Shown here: one piece after another, positions 19,363-29,550 of the stretch
Position numbering within the stretch: position 1 is the first letter of the stretch
Layout: each line of letters starts with the position of its first letter
Source of the DNA: an uncultured Bacilli bacterium
Lineage (GTDB): Bacteria; Bacillota_I; Bacilli_A; RF39; UBA660
NCBI GenBank assembly: GCA_947586825.1
Contig: CANPXU010000004.1
Location: forward strand, 4,939 to 68,938
Direction of reading: 5' to 3'
DNA length: 64,000 nucleotides
The notes under the pieces: generated by a model
Told to the model about the DNA's origin: nothing
Seen by the model: the letters and a program-made list of their open reading frames with translations, nothing else
Databases searched by the model: none
Position numbers and translations under genes: made by a program

Positions 19363-21405
19363 TTATGTTGCATAAGTCATAATAGTAAAATTATCATCTT
19401 TTATTTTAAAAATTACACTTCCATCCTGATCGGTTCGATATATCACTGAACCCCTTAAAGTATCTAATACTTCTTCATTAGGATGATGATATCGGTTATT
19501 TCTTCCTACCGATATTACGGCATAATAAGGCTTTATTTTATTAATAAAAGTCTTTGATGAACTTGTATTACTACCATGATGGCCTACTTTTAAAATATCT
19601 ATTGTAGGTAGATTATAATTTGCTAAGATGCTTTCTTCAGCTTCTTTTTCCGCATCACCCATGAATAATAAATTTTTATTATCCATTTGAATAAGTAATA
19701 CATTTGAACTATTATTTTCATCTTTATAAATCTCATTATTAAGAGAATATACACTAGCATCTTTAATTTCTAATGTACTTGCATCGTGCGAATATTCAAT
19801 ATGCTTTTGATTAAGTAAATCTATCAAGCTATTTTCTAAATCGTTATTGTCTCCTTTATTAAAAATGACTTTTTTTACCTTCATATTATTAATAACGTTC
19901 TCAGCATCACCCATGTGATCATAATCCCCATGAGTAAGCAGTAAAGTATCAATTTTGGTTATGCCAATACTCTTAAAATATAAGATAACATTATCAGATA
20001 CTGTATAATTTCGAAGACCTCCAGTATCAATTAAAACCACGTCTTTATGAAATCTACTTATGATTACTGCGCAGTCCCCTTGCCCAACGTCAAAAAATAT
20101 TACATAATCATTAAAGTCAATAAAGGCACTAACTTTGACAAGAATAACTAAACTAATAAGTATATATAATAACTTCTTTTTATTGTAAAAAAGAAAAGCT
20201 AAAAGCAGTATATAAAATAATATGATTAAATAAATAGGCATCTTAGGTATATTAATTACGAAGAAATCTATTTTATTAATCATTGCTATTCCTTTTTCCA
20301 TTAAAGATGTAAAAAAAGAAAAAATATTACTAAGAAAAGGGAAAATAAAAGTAAGTAATCCTAAAGGATATAAAAATAATGAAACATAAGGAATAAACAA
20401 TAAATTACTTATAAATAATATTAAATTACACTCATAGTTTAGATTAATTGTTATAGGTAAAGTAAATAATAAGGTATAAAATGAGATAATAATTATATTA
20501 AGTAAATAGTTTTTCTTTTGATGATTTTGGGTAGATATAACTCCTAAAGAAGCACTAAAAGAATATTGAAATGATGTACTGTAAACATTAAATGGGTCAA
20601 TTAAGATAATTATAAAAGCGGTAAGCAAAAGCTTTTTCACAGGTGAAATACGAATGCTCGAATAAGAAAGGATTACCCCGATTATAAAGGAAATTACAAC
20701 CCTTAAAATCGAGGGTGTAAAATTAACTAAATATGAATAGAAAATCAAGAATAAAATTATGATAATATTTTTTAAATTTTTATTTAAAAAAAACAATAAC
20801 TTATTAAGTATTAGGATAAAAATTGAAACATGCATTCCTGATATTGCGAGTAAATGAGCTATGCCACAGTTTTTAAAATTATTATAGATACTTGTATCCA
20901 TTCCCGTTTTATCGCCACATATAAATAGCATTAGATAAGTATTATTTTTGCATCTATTAATAACCAAATTCTTTATTTTAGTAAGAGGATTGGTAGAATG
21001 AGACATTATCGTTATTTTATCTCCTACTACTTTAGTATAAATGTGGTTATTATATAAATACTCTTTATAATTAAATGTATTTGGTATTGTATTTGGTAAA
21101 ATATCACTTACTTTACCAGTGATTTTAACTTTATCACCTACACTAACATCTACATTGTCATAAATACTTACAATTATCTTTTGCTTACTATCAAGGTAAA
21201 TGGTCGTATTACCATCTTTTTGAATATATCTAGATACTACTCCGGTAAACTCAGTTTCATCATCATAAATAGCAGTATACTTTATTACTTTGGTAAAAAG
21301 AATAACATACCCTATCAAAACAAAAGTAATGATTAAATAAAAGAGATTAGACTGTAATATAGTCTTTAATCTTGTCAAATAGACTTTGTGATATTCCACT
21401 GACAT
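19363..21405 (-). CDS. comEC: DNA internalization competence protein ComEC/Rec2
   Basis: Polytopic competence domain plus a C-terminal metallo-beta-lactamase domain (LLTHGDYDHMGD ... VGHHGS). The start is uncertain because it overlaps comEA by 59 nt. Confidence 0.9.
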   Translation of the reverse strand: MSVEYHKVYLTRLKTILQSNLFYLIITFVLIGYVILFTKVIKYTAIYDDETEFTGVVSRYIQKDGNTTIYLDSKQKIIVSIYDNVDVSVGDKVKITGKVSDILPNTIPNTFNYKEYLYNNHIYTKVVGDKITIMSHSTNPLTKIKNLVINRCKNNTYLMLFICGDKTGMDTSIYNNFKNCGIAHLLAISGMHVSIFILILNKLLFFLNKNLKNIIIILFLIFYSYLVNFTPSILRVVISFIIGVILSYSSIRISPVKKLLLTAFIIILIDPFNVYSTSFQYSFSASLGVISTQNHQKKNYLLNIIIISFYTLLFTLPITINLNYECNLILFISNLLFIPYVSLFLYPLGLLTFIFPFLSNIFSFFTSLMEKGIAMINKIDFFVINIPKMPIYLIILFYILLLAFLFYNKKKLLYILISLVILVKVSAFIDFNDYVIFFDVGQGDCAVIISRFHKDVVLIDTGGLRNYTVSDNVILYFKSIGITKIDTLLLTHGDYDHMGDAENVINNMKVKKVIFNKGDNNDLENSLIDLLNQKHIEYSHDASTLEIKDASVYSLNNEIYKDENNSSNVLLIQMDNKNLLFMGDAEKEAEESILANYNLPTIDILKVGHHGSNTSSSKTFINKIKPYYAVISVGRNNRYHHPNEEVLDTLRGSVIYRTDQDGSVIFKIKDDNFTIMTYAT

Positions 21406-22084
21406 TCATAATGTCTTCTATAGATTTGAAATTACCGTTTTGACTACGGTAACTAATAATAGCACTAGCTTTAGCTTGCCCAATTCCATTTAAGGTTTCA
21501 AGTTCACTTTGCGTAGCGGTGTTGATGTTTATCAGGCTGCTTTGGCTATTATTTTCACTATTACTGTCCTGGCTATTTGAGGAACTTGGTCCATCTTCGA
21601 TAACGCTAGAGCCTTCGTTAACACATGATGATATATCAACATCAGGGCAAGTACATGGCTTTTCAACGTACACTACCTGAGGCTTGTTCAGAACTGAATA
21701 CTCATAAGCACTATAGACAACGATAACCATTTCATCACTTACTTTTTTACTTAAATTGATATTATCAGTATAAGCATACTCAGTAAATCCTCCGGCCATT
21801 TCAATAACATCATTTATAATATTACGGCTTGTAACTGCATAAACACCTGGAGTAACGACTTGGCCTTTGACTTCGACATACATTGTTTCTATATCTTTAG
21901 ACTCTTTAACTTCATTATCCGTTAAGACAGCTAAAGTGGAAGTAGAAACATTTTCGCTAGTATCTTTATGATAGAATTTTTCAAAGCAATAAAGGCCATA
22001 AATACCGATTGTTAAAACCGTTAGCACTCCTACTAATATTTGTAAATAATATTTCTTTAAAATATCCATTATTCCTCCTTTCAT
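21347..22084 (-). CDS. comEA: ComEA DNA receptor (SLBB + helix-hairpin-helix)
   Basis: Signal anchor, SLBB (VEVKGQVVTPGVYAV) and a C-terminal HhH (ININTATQSELETLNGIGQAKASAIISYR). Confidence 0.85.
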   Translation of the reverse strand: MKGGIMDILKKYYLQILVGVLTVLTIGIYGLYCFEKFYHKDTSENVSTSTLAVLTDNEVKESKDIETMYVEVKGQVVTPGVYAVTSRNIINDVIEMAGGFTEYAYTDNINLSKKVSDEMVIVVYSAYEYSVLNKPQVVYVEKPCTCPDVDISSCVNEGSSVIEDGPSSSNSQDSNSENNSQSSLININTATQSELETLNGIGQAKASAIISYRSQNGNFKSIEDIMNVSGISQSLFDKIKDYITV

Positions 22085-22122
22085 ATATATACATTACGGA
22101 AAAATGCAAAAAATCCTTTTTT

Positions 22123-23952
22123 TTAAGAAGGATTTTTTAAAAAATTTATCTTTTTATTAAAATTTATGACTTCATTTACAGGAATTTTACTTATATTATT
22201 CTTAACAAAGCCTAGACTATTACTATCACTTAATATTATTACTACTACACTATTAAAAGAATAATACTCATCTTCATATTCAACAAGTTTGTCTTTGATA
22301 ATCTTATTTAAAAGATTTATTATTCTGCTACTCGCATTTTCTTTAGCCACAATTATTTGACTAGGATAATATTTTATTTTATGAAAGAGAGTCGGAATAT
22401 TATCATCATTATTTAAATTAAAAATCTCAAAATTAAGTTCTTTAGCAATATCTTTGATAAAAGATTTACTATCACCAATAAATAGATAAGATGAAGGGCC
22501 ATTATTTTCTTTCATTGGTTTAGTAATTAAATTTAAAATTTTACTATCATAATTACTACCTAGATTATGATGAATATTTTTTATTTTATTACTCTTTAAA
22601 ATGATATTATTTTTATATTCTAAAACATCAATAATATCATCTTCTTTAATAAAATAATTAGCTCCGGTTTTAAGTAGCTTTAATTCATTTTTAAGTTTAT
22701 TTTCAAGCACTTTATTTTTTAAAGCTTCTTTATAATTTTGCTCTTCAAGCATCTTAGCTTTGGCTAAACTAATTTTTTTAATATTTTCTTCCTTAGCTTG
22801 AATAACTTCTTTATTTTCTTTGAGTTTTACATAACTCATGACTGAATCTAACAGTTCTACTGATTTGTCGGGATTCTTCTTATCAGGAAAGTATATTGAT
22901 GCGATATGAACTAAATTTTTGATCATTTCATCAGATATATTTATTTTATGAAAGTTAGAGTATTCTTCTTTAATGCCTTTGATGATTTCAAAAGTTTCTT
23001 CTTCCGTTGGTTCATTTATTAAAATTCTTTCAAATCGTCGATTTAAAGCTTTATCTTTTAAGATAGATGCTTCATATTCCTTTTTCGTAGTCGCTGCGAT
23101 ACATTTAATATCACCTCTTGCAAGATATGGCTTTAAAATATCTGAAGCTCCTATCGCACCCTCCGAATCACCAGCCCCGACCATCGTATGAACTTCATCA
23201 ATAAATAAGATAATATTGCCATTTTCTATTACTTCATTAATAACCCTATTTACTCTTTCTTCAAATTCTCCACGATAACGTGTTCCGGCTAAAAGACTTG
23301 CTATATTAAGCGAAAATATTATTTTATCAAGTAACATACTAGGGACTTTATTCTGTACGATCCTTCTGGCCAGTTCTTCAACAATAGCACTTTTTCCTAC
23401 TCCGGCTTCACCTACTAGCAAAGGATTATTCTTTTTCTTTCGTAAAAGAGTTTCTATAATAAGATCTATTTCTTTATCTCTTCCGATAACCCTTTCTTGT
23501 AAATTAACACTTTCATTTAAAATAGTTCCATATTTATATAACTCTAGATTATCATTTTGTTCTTTAAGATAGTTATATACGGCATCAATATCGACATCTT
23601 CCGTCATTAAAATTCTTAATGCTACTCCCTCGCCTATCTCAATCATTTTTATGACTAAATCTTTACTAGTTACTTTGCCATCCTTTTTCATAGCACTCAT
23701 TATTATCTCTTTTAAAAGAGGAGTAAAATCTCGACTTTTACTTGAACATTTTTCTAGGTTTTCATCTATATCACTATAAAACTTTTCATAGTTAATACCA
23801 TAACCTTTTAAAGATTTAGCCAGTTTTCTATCACTATCTAATATCGCAAGAAGTAAATGCTCTGTCCCTACATATTCATGATTTAATTTATTTTTAATGC
23901 TCTCCGCTTTTTTAAATATATTACAAACTTCTATCTCAAAATTTTCAAACAT
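22123..23952 (-). CDS. ClpC/ClpB-like AAA+ protein with Clp_N domain and a single intact ATPase ring
   Basis: Clp_N repeats (VGTEHLLLAIL; GEGVALRIL). D1 Walker A is GEAGVGKSAIVEELA and Walker B is ILFIDEVH. In the C-terminal part, SYLFIGDSKSF sits where a D2 Walker A would be. Confidence 0.7.
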   Translation of the reverse strand: MFENFEIEVCNIFKKAESIKNKLNHEYVGTEHLLLAILDSDRKLAKSLKGYGINYEKFYSDIDENLEKCSSKSRDFTPLLKEIIMSAMKKDGKVTSKDLVIKMIEIGEGVALRILMTEDVDIDAVYNYLKEQNDNLELYKYGTILNESVNLQERVIGRDKEIDLIIETLLRKKKNNPLLVGEAGVGKSAIVEELARRIVQNKVPSMLLDKIIFSLNIASLLAGTRYRGEFEERVNRVINEVIENGNIILFIDEVHTMVGAGDSEGAIGASDILKPYLARGDIKCIAATTKKEYEASILKDKALNRRFERILINEPTEEETFEIIKGIKEEYSNFHKINISDEMIKNLVHIASIYFPDKKNPDKSVELLDSVMSYVKLKENKEVIQAKEENIKKISLAKAKMLEEQNYKEALKNKVLENKLKNELKLLKTGANYFIKEDDIIDVLEYKNNIILKSNKIKNIHHNLGSNYDSKILNLITKPMKENNGPSSYLFIGDSKSFIKDIAKELNFEIFNLNNDDNIPTLFHKIKYYPSQIIVAKENASSRIINLLNKIIKDKLVEYEDEYYSFNSVVVIILSDSNSLGFVKNNISKIPVNEVINFNKKINFLKNPS

Positions 23953-24032
23953 AATTTTTCCTTTACTTTAATTATGTTATTATTAATCTTAAAATATTCA
24001 TTCAAGCATAAAAAAACTCATCAATTGATGAG

Positions 24033-25589
24033 TTATTTTATAACATATACGGCCAAAGTTGCTACTAAAGCAATGACTACTAGTACAACTAAAGCATATA
24101 GCCAAATATATTTAAACCATTTTTTGTAATCTACATTTAAATATGTTAGACCAATTAATAAGACACCACTTACTGGAGCAAATAATTGAACTAAACCATT
24201 AGTAGTTACATAAATAGCTTCCATAATTGGCAAATGATTTGCTGCTATAGATCCATATAGATATGATAACGTGAAACTAGTATAACCAATATCCGTAGAA
24301 TGGAATATTGAAGTAACTATTGAATCAAGTATAGAAATATATGGAACATAGGTATTTGACCAATTATACATCCATCCAGTTAAAGATGTTGTAAATGGTG
24401 AAGTATAAATTACTAAGAATATAGCATATGTTAATACATAAATTCCTATAGGCTTAATAAAACGTTTAATACCATCACCAACAGAGCTTAAATAATCACT
24501 TACACTTAATCTATTAAATAATGCTACAAGTACAGACATTACCATTAGATAAGTAACTGTTGATTGAATATCCATTGCTCCGAAAGCAGCATTTGTTTGA
24601 CTGCTTCCTAAAATATAAGCAAAGATTGGGAATTCCTTATTATTAATTAAGAATGGTGAATATTCAGTAATTACTTTATGTAAATCATTGAATACTTCTA
24701 AACCAAAGATTCCACTCCAATCAACATATGCTAAAATGACAAATAATACTGTTAAACACATAACAATTACCATTGGCCACGCAGCATGTTTACGCTCTTC
24801 TTCACTATGTTCAATTGGTTTTAGTTCATACAAATCTTCTTTTACATCATTGTTCTTTTCATTATTAACTATTTTGTATACGCGATATACATTATATAGG
24901 ATAAATAATACAGCAGCAATACCACCAATGATTAAACGATAAGTTAAACCTATTGTTAAATCAGGATCTGAGTATGCACTTCCCATATAATAATTGAAGA
25001 AGTATACATTATCGGTTCCTAATGTACCTGCTAATTGGCCTACAAGAACTGAACCAAAGGTTACAGCAATAGTTGTAAGTTTATCAAAGTTAGCATGTAA
25101 TAAAACCGAAATTAAGAATGGAATAAATACAATCATGCAGAATGGTGATTTAGACAATAATGATGTTAAAACAATCAATACTATCATAATCACTATTGAT
25201 GATACAATAGCATGCTTCTTAACAAAAGCACCAAGTTTTTTTACTAATTCTTTATAACTTCCTGTTGCAGATAATACACCGTAGAAGCCACCAATAGATA
25301 GTAGCAATAAAATTGTAGGCATTGGATAGTACAAAGCATAGAATAATAAGTCTCTAATATTTGTAAGCCCAATCCTTGTTAATGTATCATAAGCTGTATA
25401 TGTTCCATCACTAGCAAATGAACCGCTTGGAATTATCCATGTAAGACAAACGCCAACAAATATTATAATTAATACCCATTTAAATACGTCTGATTTTTTT
25501 GATTTACATGTAAAAACCGCAAATACCACTGCTAAAGCAAGAACAACAATAACTCCAACAATTGATAAAATCGTTGATAATGTACTCAT
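24033..25589 (-). CDS. Polytopic transporter, YfcC/DcuC-superfamily-like
   Basis: 518 aa with more than 10 TM segments. The N-terminal pattern ...CLTWIIPSGSF...IGGFYGVLSATG resembles the YfcC family as I remember it. Confidence 0.45.
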   Translation of the reverse strand: MSTLSTILSIVGVIVVLALAVVFAVFTCKSKKSDVFKWVLIIIFVGVCLTWIIPSGSFASDGTYTAYDTLTRIGLTNIRDLLFYALYYPMPTILLLLSIGGFYGVLSATGSYKELVKKLGAFVKKHAIVSSIVIMIVLIVLTSLLSKSPFCMIVFIPFLISVLLHANFDKLTTIAVTFGSVLVGQLAGTLGTDNVYFFNYYMGSAYSDPDLTIGLTYRLIIGGIAAVLFILYNVYRVYKIVNNEKNNDVKEDLYELKPIEHSEEERKHAAWPMVIVMCLTVLFVILAYVDWSGIFGLEVFNDLHKVITEYSPFLINNKEFPIFAYILGSSQTNAAFGAMDIQSTVTYLMVMSVLVALFNRLSVSDYLSSVGDGIKRFIKPIGIYVLTYAIFLVIYTSPFTTSLTGWMYNWSNTYVPYISILDSIVTSIFHSTDIGYTSFTLSYLYGSIAANHLPIMEAIYVTTNGLVQLFAPVSGVLLIGLTYLNVDYKKWFKYIWLYALVVLVVIALVATLAVYVIK

Positions 25590-25626
25590 TTTCTACCTCC
25601 TATAGAAATTATAGCACTGTCAACCA

Positions 25627-25652
25627 CAAAAAAAAAGCAAAATTGCTTTTTT
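25627..25652 (-). terminator. Terminator after lysS
   Basis: AAAAGCAA/TTGCTTTT hairpin flanked by A/T runs, so it can act in both directions. Confidence 0.6.
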
Positions 25653-25669
25653 CATTTAATTTTCATGGT

Positions 25670-27160
25670 TTATTTCTTGTTTTCTTTCATAGTTGGGAAT
25701 AAGATTACTTCACGAATTGTTTCTTGTTCAGTAAATAACATTACAAGTCTATCAATTCCATAACCAATACCACCAGCAGGAGGCATACCATATTCTAGAG
25801 CTTCTACGAAGTCCATATCAATATCGTTTGCTTCATCGTTTCCAAGCTCTCTTTCCTTAATTTGATCTTCAAATCTTTCAAGTTGATCAATTGGATCATT
25901 AAGTTCAGTATAAGCATTAGCAAACTCTTTACCGCCAATGAACAATTCAAAACGATCAACAAATCTTGGGTCTTCAGGATTTCTCTTAGTTAAAGGAGAA
26001 ATCTCTACTGGATGACCATATAAGAATGTTGGTTGAATTAATGTTTCTTCAACATACTTTTCAAAGAATAAATTAATAATATGTCCTAGAGCTTTTTCAT
26101 GTTCTTCAACAGGAATATCATGCTCTTCAGCAAGTTTTAAAGCTTTTTCTAAAGTCATATCACTAGCTTTAAAATCAATACCTGTTTTCTCTTTGATGCT
26201 ATCGGTCATACTAATTCTTTTCCAAGGTCCGGTTAAATCAATTTCATAACCACACCAATTATACTTCATTTTATGCATAACATCTTTAGCTATTGTTGTA
26301 AACATTCTTTCCGTCAAATCCATCATGCCCTCTAAGTCAGAATATGCAAGATAAGCTTCCATTAAAGTAAATTCAGGATTATGTTTTGGGTCCATTCCTT
26401 CATTTCTGAATACTCTACCTATTTCATAAACTGCTTCCATACCACCAACTAAAAGTCTTTTTAATGGTAGTTCTAGAGCTATTCTTAAGTACATATCCAT
26501 ATTTTGCGTATTATGATGAGTTATGAATGGTCTTGCAGATGCTCCAGTTAGCAAAGTAGCTAATATTGGAGTTTCAACTTCAGTAAAGCCTTGATTATCC
26601 ATAAAATTTTGAATACATCTGATAATTTTAGGTCTAGTAAAAGCCACATTACGAGAATCATCATTCATGATTAAGTCTACGTAACGGCGACGATATCTTT
26701 CTTCAACATCAGTAAGGCCATGAAACTTTTCAGGAAGTGGTTTTAAAGCCTTAACTAAATGAGTATATTCTAAACATTTAATTGTAACTTCACCAGTTTG
26801 GGTTTTCATAATCTTACCATGAACACCGACTATGTCACCAACATCGGCAGTTTTAAATAAATTGTAAGCTTCTTCACCTACATCGTTTATAGAAATATAA
26901 ACTTGAATATTACCCGTTTTATCTTTAATCGTAAAGAATGATGCTTTGCCCATCCTACGAATAAACATAATACGACCTGCTACAGTAGCAGTGTCAGTCA
27001 TGTTTTCAAATTCATCATGACCAACATTTTCATATTTGTCTTTGATAGCTTGAGCATAACCATCACGTTCAAATCTTTGACCAAATGGGTCTAGACCAAG
27101 TTCGCGTAATTTTTCCGCCTTTTCTCTTCTAACTTGTTCTTGTTCTGTAAATTCTCTCAC
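25670..27160 (-). CDS. lysS: Lysine--tRNA ligase, class II
   Basis: OB anticodon-binding domain and class II motifs (FRNEG; GGIGYGIDRLVMLFT), 496 aa. Confidence 0.95.
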   Translation of the reverse strand: MREFTEQEQVRREKAEKLRELGLDPFGQRFERDGYAQAIKDKYENVGHDEFENMTDTATVAGRIMFIRRMGKASFFTIKDKTGNIQVYISINDVGEEAYNLFKTADVGDIVGVHGKIMKTQTGEVTIKCLEYTHLVKALKPLPEKFHGLTDVEERYRRRYVDLIMNDDSRNVAFTRPKIIRCIQNFMDNQGFTEVETPILATLLTGASARPFITHHNTQNMDMYLRIALELPLKRLLVGGMEAVYEIGRVFRNEGMDPKHNPEFTLMEAYLAYSDLEGMMDLTERMFTTIAKDVMHKMKYNWCGYEIDLTGPWKRISMTDSIKEKTGIDFKASDMTLEKALKLAEEHDIPVEEHEKALGHIINLFFEKYVEETLIQPTFLYGHPVEISPLTKRNPEDPRFVDRFELFIGGKEFANAYTELNDPIDQLERFEDQIKERELGNDEANDIDMDFVEALEYGMPPAGGIGYGIDRLVMLFTEQETIREVILFPTMKENKK

Positions 27161-27187
27161 TTCAAATCACCTAGCACTATTCTAACA

Positions 27188-27219
27188 TAAAAAAAAGCTA
27201 TTAGGAAGCCTAATAGCTT
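27188..27219 (-). terminator. Terminator after the NPNTG surface protein gene
   Basis: 11-bp stem AAGCTATTAGG/CCTAATAGCTT followed by T8 on the minus strand. Confidence 0.8.
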
Positions 27220-27233
27220 ATATTTTTAATAAA

Positions 27234-27794
27234 TTATATTTTATATAGTTTAGTTTTCTTATTTGCTACAACGTATGCACCTGCAGCTAAAGCTAATCCA
27301 CCAAGAATGATTTCATAAGGTATTGTAGCTCCAGTATTAGGGTTTGGTTTATTAAATGTTGCTGATGCTTCACCTAACATATACTTAATAGTACAGTCAG
27401 AATCCTTAGCGTTTTTATCAATTAATACAGAAATTGTACCAACTTGAACTTTACCAAGACTTGCTTCAGCTTCACTAGTAAATGTACAAACAGCTCCAGC
27501 ACCAACACTTCCGTCAGAAGTAGCAGTATAATCGCCATAGTCTTCACAAACGAAATCTTTAATAGCAGGTCCGAATTCAAATTCAAATTTAAAGTTGTTG
27601 TCTGTAAATGTTTCTCCTTCATCACCAGTTAACTCAACATATATTGGGAAAACCTTGATTAATCCTTGTTCATCTTCAGATTCAGATGTAGGATCATTTG
27701 GAATGCTAGGAACAACTTTAACCTCTGCTAATACAGATAGAGGTGTTAATAACATTAATCCTAATACTAAAAGGCTGACCATTACTTTCTTCAT
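27234..27794 (-). CDS. Cell-wall-anchored surface protein with NPNTG (sortase B-type) sorting signal
   Basis: Signal peptide MKKVMVSLLVLGLMLLTPLSVLA. C-terminus is NKPNPNTGATIPYEIILGGLALAAGAYVVANKKTK (motif, TM, positive tail). ATG at 27794 has GGAG upstream; the track start at 27818 would translate the SD itself. Confidence 0.75.
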   Translation of the reverse strand: MKKVMVSLLVLGLMLLTPLSVLAEVKVVPSIPNDPTSESEDEQGLIKVFPIYVELTGDEGETFTDNNFKFEFEFGPAIKDFVCEDYGDYTATSDGSVGAGAVCTFTSEAEASLGKVQVGTISVLIDKNAKDSDCTIKYMLGEASATFNKPNPNTGATIPYEIILGGLALAAGAYVVANKKTKLYKI

Positions 27795-27950
27795 AACTAC
27801 ACACACTCTCCTTCTCATTTATTATGCTTTAATTATATCATAAAATTCATAAAAGGAAACATATTTTGTCAATTTTTCCTTTTTTTACATTTTTTAAACA
27901 TTTTTATTGTAAACTATGCTATCATATTAGTATGAAAAGGTGGTAAAAAA

Positions 27951-29537
27951 ATGCGGATACTTATCAAAGTAAAAGATGACAAATTACTATTTGCAACTCG
28001 TAAGCGTCTTAATAATGATGATAAAACCATTATTAATACCAACCTTATATCTAATGATGAAATATTCTTTACAGATGACTATGTAAAAGATAATCAACTT
28101 GTTGTAACATCTTTTCTAAATGCTTTAATTAAAAATTATAATTCTACTACTTTATCTTTTCAATCTATGGATGTAGCCGAAGTATTTATGAATATCATAA
28201 ATAAACTCAAAGGCATCAAAAATATTTATTTCGAATCAGATGAAGTACTATCTTATAATATTTGTGAAAAAATAACAAAATGTAATGCTATAAAATTTGT
28301 TAGTGCTAATTACATTCCAGCATATATGTTTGAGATGCTTGACAAATATAATATCATACCAGAGTCAAGAGATGAAGTATTATTTACTTCCAATTTTATG
28401 CAAATAAATTCACTAACTAATTATGCTACTATTTTTTACAAATATATGTTATATCTAGAATTTCCTTTTACTCCTGAAGATATGGATGATTTTGCTACTT
28501 TCTGCAGTATAAATAAAAATCTTAAGATTATCCATGTTAATAAACCAAACAGATTTAATCTCGAGGAAATTATTTCCATTTTAAAAGCTAATAAAAAGAG
28601 CAAAATAAAAATATACATTCATGGAGATGTTCAAGAACCTGATGTAATTGAGTATTTAAAAAGATACAATAAAACTCTTAAGAAACGATATAACATTATT
28701 TTAAAACTTACCTATTCTGATAAATATATAAGAGAAAATATTGCTAAACAAACTAATAATAATATTTTAAGAATGTGTTCCTACATTATTATTGCTTTAA
28801 TAGTTTCTTGTATTGCTTTTATAGGTTATGATAGTTATCGGTCAATGCTTAAAACTTCAACTATTCGTAAAGAACTAGAAAACATTATAGAATTTACAGA
28901 TACGACAGAAATAAAAAAAGATATTGAAGAAAAAAATGAAGGAAAAGTTGTTGTAAATGATGGATTGGCAGCGCTTACGACAATAAATCCTGAAATCGTG
29001 GGATGGCTTACTGTTAATAATACGAATATTGATGATGCTGTCTTGCAGGCCAGTGATAATGATTATTATTTAGCCCATGATATTTACCGTCAAGAAGATC
29101 CCGGAGGATGGATATTCTTAGACTATACAAATGATGTTGATGTTACTGATGCTAATACAGTTATATATGGTCATAATAGATACGGCAATGGCGTTATGTT
29201 TGGAACCCTTAATAGAACTTTACAAAGTAATTGGTATCTAAATGAAGAAAATCAAATAATAACTTATAAAACTTTATATGGTACCTATCGTTTTAAAATA
29301 TTCTCTATTTATATTACCCCAACAGATAATACCTATATTCAAACTAATATCCCAACTGCTGAAAGAGTTGACTTCTTTAATAAATTAGCTGCTAAAAGTA
29401 TTTATAATTTTGGTGTAACATTTAAAGAATCAGATAAAATAATTACTTTGTCAACTTGTCAAAGTGATGTTTCTAGATTAGTAGTCCATGGAGTTCTTAT
29501 TGATTCTGATACAAATAAAGAAAGTACTACTGAATAA
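27951..29537 (+). CDS. Class B sortase fused to a ~270-aa N-terminal cytoplasmic domain
   Basis: TM segment at about residues 275-295. C-terminal SrtB signature: IVGWLTVNNTNIDDAVLQASDNDYYLAHD...VIYGHNRYGNGVMFG...ITLSTCQ. The N-terminal domain is repeat-like and unassigned. Confidence 0.75.
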   Translation: MRILIKVKDDKLLFATRKRLNNDDKTIINTNLISNDEIFFTDDYVKDNQLVVTSFLNALIKNYNSTTLSFQSMDVAEVFMNIINKLKGIKNIYFESDEVLSYNICEKITKCNAIKFVSANYIPAYMFEMLDKYNIIPESRDEVLFTSNFMQINSLTNYATIFYKYMLYLEFPFTPEDMDDFATFCSINKNLKIIHVNKPNRFNLEEIISILKANKKSKIKIYIHGDVQEPDVIEYLKRYNKTLKKRYNIILKLTYSDKYIRENIAKQTNNNILRMCSYIIIALIVSCIAFIGYDSYRSMLKTSTIRKELENIIEFTDTTEIKKDIEEKNEGKVVVNDGLAALTTINPEIVGWLTVNNTNIDDAVLQASDNDYYLAHDIYRQEDPGGWIFLDYTNDVDVTDANTVIYGHNRYGNGVMFGTLNRTLQSNWYLNEENQIITYKTLYGTYRFKIFSIYITPTDNTYIQTNIPTAERVDFFNKLAAKSIYNFGVTFKESDKIITLSTCQSDVSRLVVHGVLIDSDTNKESTTE

Positions 29538-29549
29538 GTAGTACTTTTT
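29523..29549 (+). terminator. Terminator of the sortase B gene
   Basis: AGTACTAC-TGAATAA-GTAGTACT followed by TTTT. Confidence 0.65.
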
Positions 29550-29550
29550 A

